Below are positions 1-12,812 of a stretch of 64,000 nt of DNA, in pieces (position 1 is the first letter of the stretch; the number at the start of each line of letters is the position of its first letter). This DNA is from Nymphaea colorata (taxonomy: Eukaryota). The notes beneath the pieces are model-generated. The model was not told the DNA's origin and did no database searches. It saw nothing but the letters and a program-made list of their open reading frames with translations. A program made the position numbers and the translations under genes. The DNA is taken from assembly GCF_008831285.2 (NCBI RefSeq), contig NC_045138.2, positions 34,534,001 to 34,598,000 on the forward strand. The letters are read 5' to 3'.

Positions 1-499
1 TCTTGACCTAAAGATAGGGCGCGTTGACACTCGGCAAGATGTTGGTGTCGTGATCATCCATATCTAATTCCAAGGAGGTGACGGATGTCTCTTAGAATGT
101 AGTCTGCCCAAGACAATTAATTTGTTAACATTTAATTATCTTCATTATGATATTAAAGTGCTGGCTCCCAGGAGTCATACATTGCCAAATATTAATGCAT
201 CCTTTCCGGTCCTTTAAATTGGCTGATCGATCGGTAGGTGCTTGTATTCGTACGTTTTCATTCCGCAACATTCTCTTCACTATGATTCCTTCCTTTCGGA
301 AAATCGATGAGCAGTTTACGAATCAACAAAAACAAAAACAGATGGTAAAAAAAGAAATTGATTTTTGCACCTGTGACGAGTAGGCTGCACTGCGATGGCC
401 AGGAGAAGGCAGGGTGATCTCTAACTCAATATTATCGCTCATTCGTCTGCCCATAAGCTGGCGATCTAGACAGTTTGTGTAGATGTGTGAAGATGAAGA

Positions 500-710
500 T
501 GGCGTCGCTGCCTCCAAGTTGGCGGCATATTTGATGGACATCTCGATGAACTTGCTCGCATATTGATCCAATGTCTTTCCTTAGTCAATCTTTAACGTCT
601 GCACAAACAGCCACACCAACTGCCAGCTCGATTGCCTCTCAGACGCATTGATCCTCCATCACACCCAGCTGATGTAGTGTCCACTGCCGTAGCTCTTATA
701 CCAAATGTTG
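500..710 (-). mobile_element. Ty1/Copia 5' fragment: LTR 3' end, tRNA-Met(i) PBS and decayed N-terminal gag
   Basis: The minus strand reads ...CCAACA-TT-TGGTATAAGAGC (LTR end at 706; PBS 703-692, one mismatch to TGGTATCAGAGC). Next come YISW..VMEDQCV*EAIE (cf. Copia gag NYxxW..MEDQGVWEAIE) and VQTLKID*GKTLDQYASKFIEMSIKYAANL (UBN2-type gag). Stops and internal deletions are present. The extent of the LTR beyond about 760 is unclear. Confidence 0.75.
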
Positions 711-1189
711 GCGTGGTCCCTTATTTACACTCAATCTCACAAAATGGGAAGGAGAGGCTGCAACGTACAAGAGAGAATGGAGAGGTGCCGAGAGAGGGAG
801 CAGAGTACGACAAGAGTAGAGAGAGGGAGAGAGCGAGAGCGTACAAGGATGGCAGGAGAGAGAGCTACAAGGATGGCAGGACGGAGAGAGAAAAGGGGAC
901 TTGACGCCACGGGTAGAGGGCAAAAAAAAACTTTTCTTGTTTTTCTTTCTCCTTTTGACCGCTCACTTCTCAACTACACGATAAGGTTAAATAAAGAAAA
1001 TAAAAAAACTTCTCAACTAAACGATAAGGCTAAATAAAGAAAATAAAAAAACTAAATCTTGATGGTTGAGTTTAGTAACCACTGGTGATGCTTTTCCACG
1101 ATCCTCTCCTCTTCAACTTTTCATTCCCATCAATTTCTTCATTCCTCTTTTTTAACTCCGCACTCGCACTTTCCCACGAGCTCCTCTCA

Positions 1190-1264
1190 ATGGAGGTGGT
1201 GTTTGAGGTGTGCAACAACAACAAGTACAAGATCGAGATCGGCTTCTTTCATGTCGTGTATTAA
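1190..1264 (+). pseudogene. 5' fragment of a ubiquitin-like-domain gene (paralog of 59352-60107)
   Basis: Translates MEVVFEVCNNNKYKIEIGFFHVVY*, which aligns without gaps to MEVDFELSNGSKYRIEVGFFDTVL (14/24 identical by eye). It ends where the 1258 repeat unit begins. Confidence 0.75.
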
Positions 1265-2626
1265 AATTTTAATCCAATGATGTGCTCTTTATGCATTTAC
1301 TTATCATGTGTTAATGAGATGTGTCTCGATTTAGATGCAGCAAACCCGAATCTCGTCTTCAAACTGACAGCATGTGCAAGTTCTTTGAATCCATGAAAAC
1401 CTGCAATAATGACTAATTTGTTCTCAAGAAGCATCTGATTACCTTCAAGTTTCTTGATTGTTGGGTGCTACCATCCGTCCTTAGAGTGTTTATAATGTGT
1501 AAATTCTGCTTGTTTGGTGAATCAAAGCTGGAAATGTACATCAATCATTTGTTTGGTGGTTGAGATGTTTAGAGTGGAAATAGTCTTTGCTGCAGAAAGT
1601 ATTATTGCAGGATCATATGGCCCATATTTTGCAGTGTTTTGCATTATGTTCTTGGTTGAATATGTTCAATTATCGTTTGCTTTTGCATTACTTAAATTGT
1701 GTTAATTTTTTTTTTTTTTTGGTGATGACAGTGAATGTCCTTGATCATCTACAATATTTGGGATGGCAATAGACTAATATGGACAATACTTTTTGATAAC
1801 ATTCATGGTTTCTTCAGTTGATTGGGCACTGAACGGCCAGGAAGTGCCTGTTCCTTCAACGCCTTTAAAGCTGAGCTTGATGGTGGATTAGCCCCGCAAG
1901 CTTAGGCCTGGTTCAATAATTGAGTCAAAGAGCCATGGCATAAATCTCAGGCGCTGTTAAATTTAGAGCCAGTGGATGAGTGGAGACTTTATGGGCGAGC
2001 AGAAATGTGCAGGATAGACTTGAATGCAAAGAGATTAACCTGAGTATAGAAAGAAAATATTTTGGTTTTAATTTGTGGTTTAGTATTAAAATTTCAAACC
2101 AATAAACAAATGCTCTTTTTGCATTTGCTCATCATGATTTAATGGGATTGAATCTCTCAACTTAGACACACAGGACCTGAAGCTGGCCTACAAACTGGCA
2201 GCATGTACATGTTCTGAAACATGCAAATCTGCAATACGTTCTCAAAACGCATCTGTTTACCTTCAGGTTTTTTGACTGCTGCAGGTGCTACGTGTGTCTT
2301 TGAGGGTTTATCATGTGTAAACTCTTCTTGTTTCAGGCAAAAGTGTTAGTGATCAAAGCTGGAAATGTACATCAATCACTTGTTTGGTGTTTAGATTTTT
2401 AGAGTGAAAAAAGGTTTCTCTGCTGCAAAAAGCATTACTGGAGTTTCATATGGTCCATATTTTGCACCATTTTCTTGGTTTAAATTTGTTGAATTATGGA
2501 TTGCTGTCGCATTAGTTAAATTATGTTATTTTTGGTTGATAACCATGGTTTCTTTGATAGTCTACAATATTCAGGACGGCAATAGATTTTTTTTTATAGC
2601 ATTCATGGCTTCTTTTGTTAATTGGT
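1258..2626 (+). repeat. Diverged direct duplication, units about 1258-1823 and 2083-2626
   Basis: Both units start GTATTAAAATTT and share blocks such as ATCAAAGCTGGAAATGTACATCAATCA, CATATGG(C/T)CCATATTTTGCA and CATTCATGG(T/C)TTCTT. ORF-track peptides 1514..1705 and 2404..2628 are similar. Confidence 0.85.
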
Positions 2627-3500
2627 GAGAAAAATTCAACTTTGATTCTTGAAACATAGCTAACTCAAGCTGAGATTACATATTTATAGTGGGAGACCTA
2701 TTACAAAATGTAACAATCTAAAAAAGTGAAACCTCCGGCATCCGAGACTCACCTATTACAAAATGTAACAACCTAAAAAGAGACCGCCAGCATTCAAGAC
2801 CCCATTACTGTTCTTTATTATTAAGTACAAATGGCCTTGTTGCCTATGTCACACGGTGCGGGTATGAGTTTGAGTACGGTGGTACGGGTTTATACATGAA
2901 AAAATGTGGGTATGAAAGAATGCGGGTACGTGAATATTGTAAATTTTATATTCTTAAAAATGATAAAATGAGAAAAAAAAACATTCAGTCTTATAATCCA
3001 CAAAAATTCTCAAAATTAAAGAAAAACGAGAAGAAAGTGAAAAAGGAAAATATAAAAGAAAAGAAAAATCAAGATTAAAGAAGAAATAAGTTCGAAAATA
3101 TAATTTTAAATGTTTTAAAATACAACGGTAGCCACTTACTCGTGTCGCCGTAACCTGTATCTCTCTCATAGGTTGCCCGATTGATACAACTGATAACCTA
3201 CAAAACATCAACCCACAGAAGAGAAGAAATTTCACAGGGTGCTGTTGCTATCTATTCTCCCTTTTCGCGCAGGGTAAGCTGTTGCTATCCTCTCTCTTCC
3301 TGTTTCAGCGTACATGTAAGCATCAATGTTTCAGCGTACATGTAAGCATCAAGCCAAACCACCGAGCCTGGCCAGAGTTTCTGCTGACAGTTTCTTCTCG
3401 CCGCAGCCACCATCTTCTTCTGCTGGAAGGATTTAGTTGTTTGTTGATGTTTAATTTTTTGGGCCAACACATGAAAGAGCAAATTGGAGTACTATTTCTT

Positions 3501-3539
<39 letters not shown>

Positions 3540-4057
3540 TTTCAGGTGGCACAGAGGAAGAAGAGCAGGGGCGCATGCGCCCTTTGTCTACCACCTTGAA
3601 TTCAGCGAAGCGTGGTGGTTTTTAAACGCTCCCTAACTTTTGGGCTGACAAGGAACAGGTAGTTTGGGCTGCACAACCATGCCAGCTAGAACTCAATACT
3701 CTTTTGTCAAACTTGGACTCAAGTTTATTCGTAAATGAGCTCAAATGTAAGGTTGAGATGTTAAGGAGTAAAGTTTGAACTATAAGAACTCGAGTCAAGT
3801 TTGATTTGATTTATAAGAACTCAACTCAACATAATAATGTTGAAGTATAATGAGAGAATAGTTAAAAACGAATTAAAAGAAGATGGACTTAACAAAAACA
3901 AGTTATGCGAGTCAAATTTGAGCTCGAGCCTGTCCTAGACTCGAGTTCCAGATGAGTTGGGCCGTGTACAACCTCAACGTTTTTATTCAATTCTTAAAAA
4001 ATTAAAGTATACAATGAAATTACAAAATTGCTGCTAAAGAAAAGAAGAGAGAAAATC
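1814..4057 (+). repeat. Left arm of a ~2.2-kb inverted repeat (partner 61887-64000)
   Basis: Colinear with the reverse complement of 61887-64000, for example GCCCCGCAAGCTTAGGCCTGGTTCAATAATTGA, the doubled ACCTATTACAAAATGTAACAA, GGGCGCATGCGCCC and AAAGTATACAATGAAATTAC. Confidence 0.9.
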
Positions 4058-4539
4058 ACCCCATCCCGCGACAGCGAGGGATGACGTTCGCCATCGTGAT
4101 CGGGCAAGGTCGCCCAAACGCAGTACGACGCCGTTTATCATTGCTTCCTAAGCCAGTGGCCTGGCGGTGTGACAACTTAAAAAGCTACAAAGAGAAAAGC
4201 AAAATCTACTCTCAAATCTAAATAGCAGCAAAGTATGTGATTAAAATCACAGAAAGAAAACGCTGTAGAAGCCATAGACCATATAATACATTTTGTTTTT
4301 AAGAAAAACTAGTGAAAAATATATCTTCTTCATCTACCATGTGTCCATGCATGGCAAACCTTGAAATCACCCTTAGCAATCTTAATAGGATTGTTTTTCA
4401 ATGATCGAATTAAAAGAAAAATGTGAGCAAGAACATCAACCGGGAAAATAACATTTTAGATGCACTCCATTTTTCTTGATTAATTCGATGATGGGAAAAG
4501 CATGCATATGTTACACTTGGAGCTGTAGTCTGACTCCTC

Positions 4540-4760
4540 TCAGTGGGTGGCAGACGGACCCCATGGAGCACGTGATCTGCTTTTGATTCATTATTCATGT
4601 GAAGAATAGCTCGGACCCACATCTTGGCTGCATGCTTCACCATCTTCCCTTTCAACTTGTTTCTTAAGAAATCGATTGTTAAAAAATAATCTGATAAGTG
4701 TACAAGTTGATGAACATAGGACTTAACTGGTGGTACCTTTTCATACGAATAACAGTTTCT
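4540..4760 (-). mobile_element. Possible decayed LINE zf-RVT-like remnant
   Basis: KVPPVKSYVHQLV..LTIDFLRNK..ILHMNNESKADHVLHG loosely follows the PPKVKxFxW..LT.D.L..CxLC..E..DHL pattern, but the Cys residues are lost. Confidence 0.3.
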
Positions 4761-6117
4761 AGGATTACGAAGCTCATAGAACGCAAGTTGTGAAAAAATA
4801 GCAGCACCGTTCAAATGAAGAGAAAGACCAACGTATTTGCTTAGTTTTCGGAAGATGTAAGTCTTGGAGAAGGTAAATTCCCTGGCGATCCTTCAAAATT
4901 GTTTGGGCCCAACTGAAATTAGACGGAAACGATTCCCACAAGCGTTTTAAAACAAAATGCTCATGCTTATCTATTGGTTGCTCCCCCAATTCCGGGGAAT
5001 GAAAGTTAGTTTATAATAGAGAAATGAAGGACTCGATGGTTTCGTAATCGGCAGACTTTGAACTTTGAACTTTGTAGTGCACCACTGATCTAGGAAAATG
5101 CGCATCATATGTTATTGTGCTCGGATCTCATTTATGTGCAAGCCGCTTGGCCTTGTCTCCTGCAGTCTGCCTCCAAGTTGAAGGTTTTAAATCCAACTCA
5201 CATGGCAGGAGCCCAGAGAACCATAAAAAAGGACGCACATCTCAATACATTTTTGAGTCACCAAGCTACTGCTTAATCATTTTGGTTAAAAATAAAAAAA
5301 AGTCATTTTATCTGTTTCCCCAACAGTTTGAACTTTGAAGGGCCGAGCAAAGTGTCCTACAGCCAACCTATTTCACATAAAAAAAAGTGAAGCTGTTTAT
5401 GTATGTCATATTGGGGCATCAAAATTTTATGTTAATAATAAAAATGCTCTTCATTAATAAAAAAACAAAACTTTTTTGTGAAGACAATAATGTAAAAAGT
5501 ATCCCCTTTTTCACGCAACTCACACTGACAAAAAAAAAAAAAAAGTGGTGTTCCCCACATTTAAATAAGGCCAACAAAGGCAGTTGGATTTTCCCTGGAA
5601 ATCCAACACCAACACTCCCCATAATTCTTAAAAGTCCGGTAATTGTTAAACATGCAACGGTGGCAACAAAATTGAAACAACCTGCCCCGCTACACCGATG
5701 TTTTTTTTTTCCTTAGATCAAGATTCTCTTGATTTCTCCTTATCATTGTCGAATACTGAAAGATTTATTTGTGTGAGATTAGGAATGCTCAAGATGGATA
5801 GGGTAACTATGTTCTTATGCAATGGATAAGCTATCTATTTTTCTGAACGGTAATGTACTGACACGTTAAAGTGTTTGGTGTGAGCCTGCAAACTGTGGTG
5901 GCAAGCAGAATCGATAAAACTGTTATTATTATTTTTGTCTTCAACTTTTTTCTTTAAAAAAAAAAAATTCAAAATATGGAGACAGAGTTCCTCCTCGCTG
6001 TCACACACCTTTCAGAATCTCCCCTTGGTCTTATAGGTCAGCAGCCACTATGCCACCACTGGCTCCTCCGGTTCTCTTCGCTTCCTCCTTCCCGACTTTC
6101 TTACGGCCCCATTGGAG

Positions 6118-9100
6118 ATGAAGGCACACACGGTTCTTTTCTTGATATGCCTTCTAGATCTTGGAAGGCTGATGCTCGCCGGCAGCTCCTTTTCTTTCAA
6201 GGAGAACTTTGATGTAATGTGGGCGCCGGATCACTTCAGCACATCTGAAGATGGCCAAACCTGGTACCTCACTCTCGATAAGAAAACAGGTAAAGCTTTC
6301 CAGGACTACCATCGAATTTTGTTTCCTTGTTATTAGCTGCATAAGCATCTTTAGTCTTGTTCATTAGCTTGTATTTCAGAGATCTGCTACAATCGGCTGC
6401 TGCTTTCGCGTTAGATTTAATTTATGACTCTTTTGGTGTTCATCTGATCTTTCTTTCCTGTTTAGATTTGATGTTTTCTTCCGTCGTTGGTTGAATAGGT
6501 TGCGGCTTCCAAACAAAGAACAGGTACAGATTTGGGTGGTTCAGTATGAAGCTGAAGTTGGTCGGAGGCGATTCTGCTGGCGTTGTCACTGCTTATTATG
6601 TGAGTCTCTGCTCCTCAGTTTGGATCTTACCATAATCGTCCTCTCTGGCAGCGTCATAATAATGAAAAGGGGAGACGAGATGCAGTTTTTGGTCCTTCGG
6701 AGAAAATATGCAGACCAACATTTTAACTCTCCACTATTTTCCTGAACAAGTGTTATCAATATCCATCCAAGCTCCTCATCGGCTCCGAGGTGTTTAATAA
6801 AGTCTGCTTTTATGAATGATGCAGATGATTTCAGACACGGGGAAAGAGAGGGACGAGTTGGATTTTGAGTTCCTGGGCAACAGGACGGGGCAGCCGTACA
6901 CACTGCAGACAAACATATACAAAGGGGGCGTTGGAGGCAGGGAGATGAGACACATGCTGTGGTTTGATCCTACCAAGGACTTCCATACCTACTCTTTCCT
7001 GTGGAACGACCACCAGATTGTGTAAGTCTTTCTCCTCTTTTCGTATTTCTGTTCAGAACACAATTTTCAGATCTGGAGCATGATCCAGCACATATGAACA
7101 TATCACGCTGAGAAATGAGGTCTAAGAGCATTAATCGTAGTTAGCTCATGTAGGCCCATCTATCCTGAAAGCTCACTGACTTAGGAGCTGTACACGATCT
7201 ATGCATTATAATCAATCAGCAGTTAGATTTCTTGCCGGTGGGCACCAAATATCTGTAATGATGCTCACCAGAGACATGTTGAGTCCTGAATAGAACCTCA
7301 AATCCTCCTTGTTATGCTGCCAATTCTTGCCTCGATACCTTGTGGAGTTTAAGTAACATTGTAGGAAGTGTGGAGGGGTGGGAAGAACTGCAACCTTCTT
7401 CAATTGTTCCTCACAACTCTCTCACTTGAAACAACTCTATGGGGATTGAATCTGGTTATGCGTGAAACTACTATTTGTTTGCTACCTTCCTTAAAAAGAT
7501 TTCCAACTCCAGCAACCTGCACTAATTTCGGAAAAAGAAATGAGTATGGGTTTTTACAAATATTACCGACTAGAAAAGTGTTAAATTCGAATTCTTGAAG
7601 CGAGTCAGACCATGCCTTTCACCTTTGTGGCACATGATTTGACAGTTTGCACTGTAAAACAGATTAATATTCGGTCATCAGTAAATCCAAGCACCACCTT
7701 ACAGTGGCTTTAAGGTGGAGACAAGTTTCACTACTTTACACGCAGATTAATGTACAGTGTTCATGACTTTTTCTTTTAAAAGTGGGGCCAGGGATCATTT
7801 CCTTATAATTTTTTCTGCTAGATCTGGCATAAGAACGTATTGGTGGTGGCATGCCTGTGGTGAACACCATGTGCATCTCCAGAGGGTGCACCACCAATGG
7901 TTCCGGTTCTATTTTGATTTGGTGCTTTGTGGGCATGTTTCTCGATCTGGAACTCACACTGGACTTCGTGTGTGCCTTCTCTTAAGCCATCACACGCACT
8001 CTGGCTGCAACTCCCCCCTCCCTTTTTTCACTTTGGGTTTCTTATGATGGCCACGGGCCCACGTTGCTTTGTGTCATGGGACTCATCTGATTCTATACAC
8101 CAAAACCATTTTCAAAGGTTTTTCTTTCTTTTCAGCTTTAGTGAAGATATCATGGAGGAAGATTTTCTCCGAGCAATTGAACCGCATTAATGCCCAATTC
8201 AGGATTGGTTGTTGACGTAAATGCACACTGCTGTCCTCCGAGGGAAAAACAGTTGATATGTATTGCACCAATAAACAGCCAGTCTCCCATGGGTACTGGA
8301 CAGGGATGCCATTCGTTACCTTAATAAAGTTCAAGAGATCATGTGAGCAATGCCCTTGAGGTAAGTAGGAGGCCACCTGGGGTTCAAGGCTCTGTCTCGG
8401 GCTTGCCTTCAAATTGCAAATTAATATGCTTCCATATGTTGAAAACACATATGCTTTCCAAATTTAGGAGAACTGTGAACCCCACAAGTTTTTCTTGAAG
8501 CTCGTCTTCATTCCATGGCCGGTCTTCGACCCCATGGTGCAATTCTTGGCATCATAAATAAACAAACAACACAACAGTTTATCTGATGTTGGTATCGTCT
8601 CTTAAACAGTAATGCCACGCTATTCTCTTGATGCTTAGAAAATTTACAGAAAACGTTGATTGAGCAGTCAATTACAGATTTTAAGCTGTGATACCAAATA
8701 AAGGCTGAAGGCCAGCGGTTTCTTTGTTTCGATTGGATTGGTAGGTTCACGAAAAAATTATTTTGTTATGCACTGCAAAAATTGAGAATTTCTGACCGGG
8801 AAGAATCACAAACCATTTTGCAATGCACAAACACTTCTACAAGTTTGTCTGCTTTCTGTTTAGTAATGTCTAATGTTTTTATGTGTACAATCCAAGAAAA
8901 GACAAGGATTATAATGGGCACCACATGATATGGGGGCCTAATGCATTGAACTACCCGATTCATCTCTTGTGGTTTACAGATCACACTGATCTAGGCAAGT
9001 AGCCTTGCAAGGTGGGTCCTGCATCATGCTGGTTCACAAAAATCAGACGACTTAGTACAGCTTAGTTCTTAGTGCCAAAAACATGGAAAATAATGTTGTT

Positions 9101-9575
9101 CTGGGGTACTACAGCTTTCTTTAGAGCCTCATGTTTGCAACTCAGTGGCATCTTTTTCTTCCCCCATTGCAGGTTCTTTGTGGATAGAGTGCCCATTAGG
9201 ATCTACAAAAACACAGATGCAACTAAAGACGTCTTCCCGAATGAGAAGCCAATGTACATGTTTTCAAGCATTTGGAACGCAGACGACTGGGCGACAAGAG
9301 GTGGACTAGAGAAAACGGATTGGAAAAATGCACCGTTTGTTTCCACTTACAAGGATTTCCATGTAGAGGCTTGCCAGTGGGAGGATCCTTATCCAGCATG
9401 CGTTTCGACAACAACTCAGAACTGGTGGGATCAGTATGATGCCTGGATTCTCTCGGATGGGCAGAAGGTGGATTTCAGCTGGGTAGGCAGAAACTTGGTC
9501 ATATATGATTACTGCACAGACACAACCAGGTACCCCAAATTGCCTGCCGAGTGCAGCGTATCTCCATGGCATTAA
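6118..9575 (+). CDS. XTH8: Xyloglucan endotransglucosylase/hydrolase (GH16), XTH8-like, ~290 aa; exons 6118-6289, 6499-6599, 6825-7021, 9173-9575
   Basis: Signal peptide, catalytic DELDFEFLG with adjacent NRT glycosylation site, [11 protein letters not shown] and C-terminal YDYC. Standard 4-exon XTH layout with GT-AG introns and the frame conserved (873 nt). The [16 protein letters not shown] tail is typical of the XTH8 clade. Confidence 0.95.
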
Positions 9576-10573
9576 ATCTAGGCAGAAAACTCCAGTGTGT
9601 TCAATATCCTAATTCTATTTATTTGTTCTGTTCTCATAAGATGAGGTTGGGTTGGGGGTCTCCTTTGCCATGACAAGAGGATTGCTTGGAATTGTAAGCA
9701 GGAGTGAGGAGTCATTTTTACTGTTTAAAAACGTGTTTATCAATGAAAGTATCCGTGTTCCCTTACATGTCAGATCATATTAAGATCTTTACAAAATGGT
9801 CATAGCGGCGTATTCTGAGATGTATCCGCATGCTGCAAGGGGTTGATGTTGTTTACGTGTTGATGTAATCGTCTTCTCTTGGTAACGTGGTCTCGCTAAC
9901 AGGCATCCTTCCTTTTTGATAACCAACGGGCGTTCCGCATCATCTATCCAACTTCCGGCTCTATGATATTGCTTTAGAACGTAGCAATGTGCAGATTTGT
10001 TTTGGATATCTCACCAGATTCGCGTCCTTGTGGCCATGTTATGCAAAATAAATCACTTCCAATTTCTCACTGGATCTGAATCATGAAATAATCCTCTGGC
10101 ATTTTCAAACCAGAGCTAAGTTTGATGACAACGCTGATACATGTAGGGTTCGGAACAACTGTAGCTTTCCTGAATTTTTCAATCTCATTGCAAGGTTTTC
10201 AAAGTCCGACTCATTGATGTCCACAAAAACATGTTATTTTGGAAACCAACAAAACAGACGTTGTTTATATGCACATGTGTGCACTGTAGGTGGTTGGGAA
10301 ATTTTCCGAAAAGAAAGAGAATTGAAAATGTTGTGGGTTTTGCCTAGAGATTTGTAACAATAGTCCGGACCAACTGGTTTTTGGGTGAAGGTAGCGGAAT
10401 TGGAGCGCCTGCCTTAATATTCTAGCAAATAATTGACACCACTTTGGCCCATTGTTGCCCATAATATCAAGTACGACGGTGCGCGGAGGCCAACCAAAGA
10501 AAAGGTGAAAAACTTTTTTGCAGCTTTCGGCGTTCCCACCACGCAGAAACAATTCCTTCATATGCCTTTAAAT

Positions 10574-10793
10574 TTAGAGATGTTAATGGATCAGAATTTA
10601 ATCGGATTTTACTTATCTAATTTTCCAGATATGGATGTATTTGGATTGAATTCACATTCGAATTTGAATGAAGAAAAATCTATCTCATATCCTGTATCTG
10701 AACGAAATTCAAGTTCGGTCAATATTCCACTTAAATCTGAGTTCGCGGTGGCTCCGTTGTCATTTTTATATCTGAATCCAATATGAAGCCCTA
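10574..10793. mobile_element. Possible decayed hAT-type MITE
   Basis: Starts TAGAGATGTTAATGGATC and ends ...GCCCTA, with internal GGATAT/ATCCG-like motifs. No TSD found. Confidence 0.3.
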
Positions 10794-11515
10794 ACATCTC
10801 TACAAAAAGCCCCCTCCCACTTTATTCTCTACGCGGTGGCTCCTTTTAAATTCCACAAGAGCCACCCGATTCATGAATCCCAAAAGATGTGAATATTTTC
10901 CTTTGGAAGTCATGACTGTAATGGCCGTCGAGGGGCCTGATCATCACTTTGGCCTATCGAATGCCACTAAACGTTGGCCAAATTCGTGACAGCCCGTAGT
11001 TCGAAATCATGGAGTAGTTCTAGAGCCTGTTCGGAAACGATTGAGCGTTAATACCATGCTCACTGCTAGTCTGATGATGAAGCAAATCTTACGGTCGGTC
11101 GTCAAAAATATAAGAACCTTTTTGCTCTTCCATGTTGTTGCAAATTGGAACAAGAAATGCAAGGTGATCATATGTAAGATGATCAACTTTATGAATAATT
11201 CCATTTTTTCCGGCATAAAGGGAACAAATTTGAAATATGGCAGCTGTATCCACCGAAAGAGCCTTCAGATTGAGTATATGATGCAAAGTTTACTAAATAA
11301 TTGAGGCCCATTTTTTGTCCAACAGATAAGAAAAGGCAAAAAGTCCGGTTATCTGAAATTGGCTGTTATGCCTTTCTTTGCGTTTGACATTTTCCATTTG
11401 AAGATTCGTTGCGTACAATCACAGCATAAAGCTAAGTTATTCGTTTGAGATGCTTATATATATGAACTGCTGTTGATCTTTTAGAGGAAGGTAAGTAAAG
11501 AGGGAGAGAGAGGAG

Positions 11516-12812
11516 ATGGATGCAGAAAATGAGCTGGGGCAACAGGTGGAGATGGTGGGCAGGGCATTCGTGGATCACTATTATCATCTCTTTGATCATA
11601 GTCGATCTTCACTAGTGACACTCTACCAGCCCTCTTCGTTGCTGACATTTGAAGGGCAGAAAATAGAGGGAGCCACAGACATATCGGAGAGGCTGTGCCA
11701 GCTGCCCTTTGATCAATGCAAGCATTCAATTTCCACCATCGATTCACAGCCGTCGCCCATTGCAGGCGGCATCCTTGTATTTGTAAGTGGCAACCTGCAC
11801 TTGCCCGGTGAGGAGCACCCTTTGCGGTTTAGCCAGGTGCTTTTTCTCCACCAACCATTTCTTCTCTCAACAGATTTCATCATCTTTGAAATTAGTGAAC
11901 TTGGTTAGCTTCAATTTGGGCATTTCTTTTCTTGATTTGTTCACCCAAAAACCGTTTCTGCCGTATACAGACAGTTACACATTTTGCCTTGGCATATTTC
12001 ATGGTCAAAGTGACATTTTTATTTGTAAAATCAAATAACTCTATTTTCACTTGTCTCTCCCATTGCAATGAAAGAAATTCTTGACGTATACTTGTAAAGG
12101 TTAAAGCTATAGTTTTGTTGAAGCTCTTCATATCTATCTATAAAGAAGTTACGGTTTTGCATTTGTACAAAACGATGAAATTGTTTACATTTTACAGTAG
12201 TTTTTTTCTAAAATAGTGTTTTTCAGCAATTACTGATGTAGGAAATAAAAGTCCTTCTTACAAAAAAACGTTAGATGCTTTGTCAAGGAGTAAATTGTCT
12301 CAGATATATATCCTGAACTCTTATCAAGGAGCATTTTATATCTCCTATTTCATGTGAAAAATATGTAGATTAGCCTACATACACACACACACACATGGCT
12401 GGGGGTGGTCATAGATGGTCATAGACTCATAGTGTGTGTGCTTATTTTGTGGTTAAAGCCATTTACACCGATCCCTAATTTCATGGTTTCTGAGGTTTAG
12501 GCATCGAGAACCCAAAATAGTTCCTCTTCTCACAAGATCGACCAATTTTAAAATGGAGAGATGATTGTGAATTAAAAGAAAAAAAATTGGAGTATGTTCA
12601 TATGTAGTATAGGGCTTTAGCAAGTGGACCCATGTCTAAAATGCTTCAAAGAGGAAGAGATTACAGAATTATGAGCGATAACTGAAAAAGTAAGAAAGGA
12701 ATCTGCTTTCTAAACAATGGCATAAATGCATGTGCAGATGTTTCACTTGGCGCCAACGATGCAGGGAAGCTTCTTCGTGCAAAATGACATATTTCGCCTC
12801 AACTACGGCTGA
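11516..12812 (+). CDS. Nuclear transport factor 2 family protein, 131 aa; exons 11516-11836, 12738-12812
   Basis: VGRAFVDHYYHLFD, LTFEGQKIEG, IDSQPS, GILVFVSG, LRFSQ|MFHL and NDIFRLNYG* are NTF2 hallmarks. Single GT-AG intron. TATA-like run at about 11455. Confidence 0.93.

Noticed and set aside
632..1037. Overlapping R/E-rich ORFs (also 57873-58282 and 36650-37023)
   Set aside because: Translations of GA/CT-rich low-complexity repeats, not credible genes.
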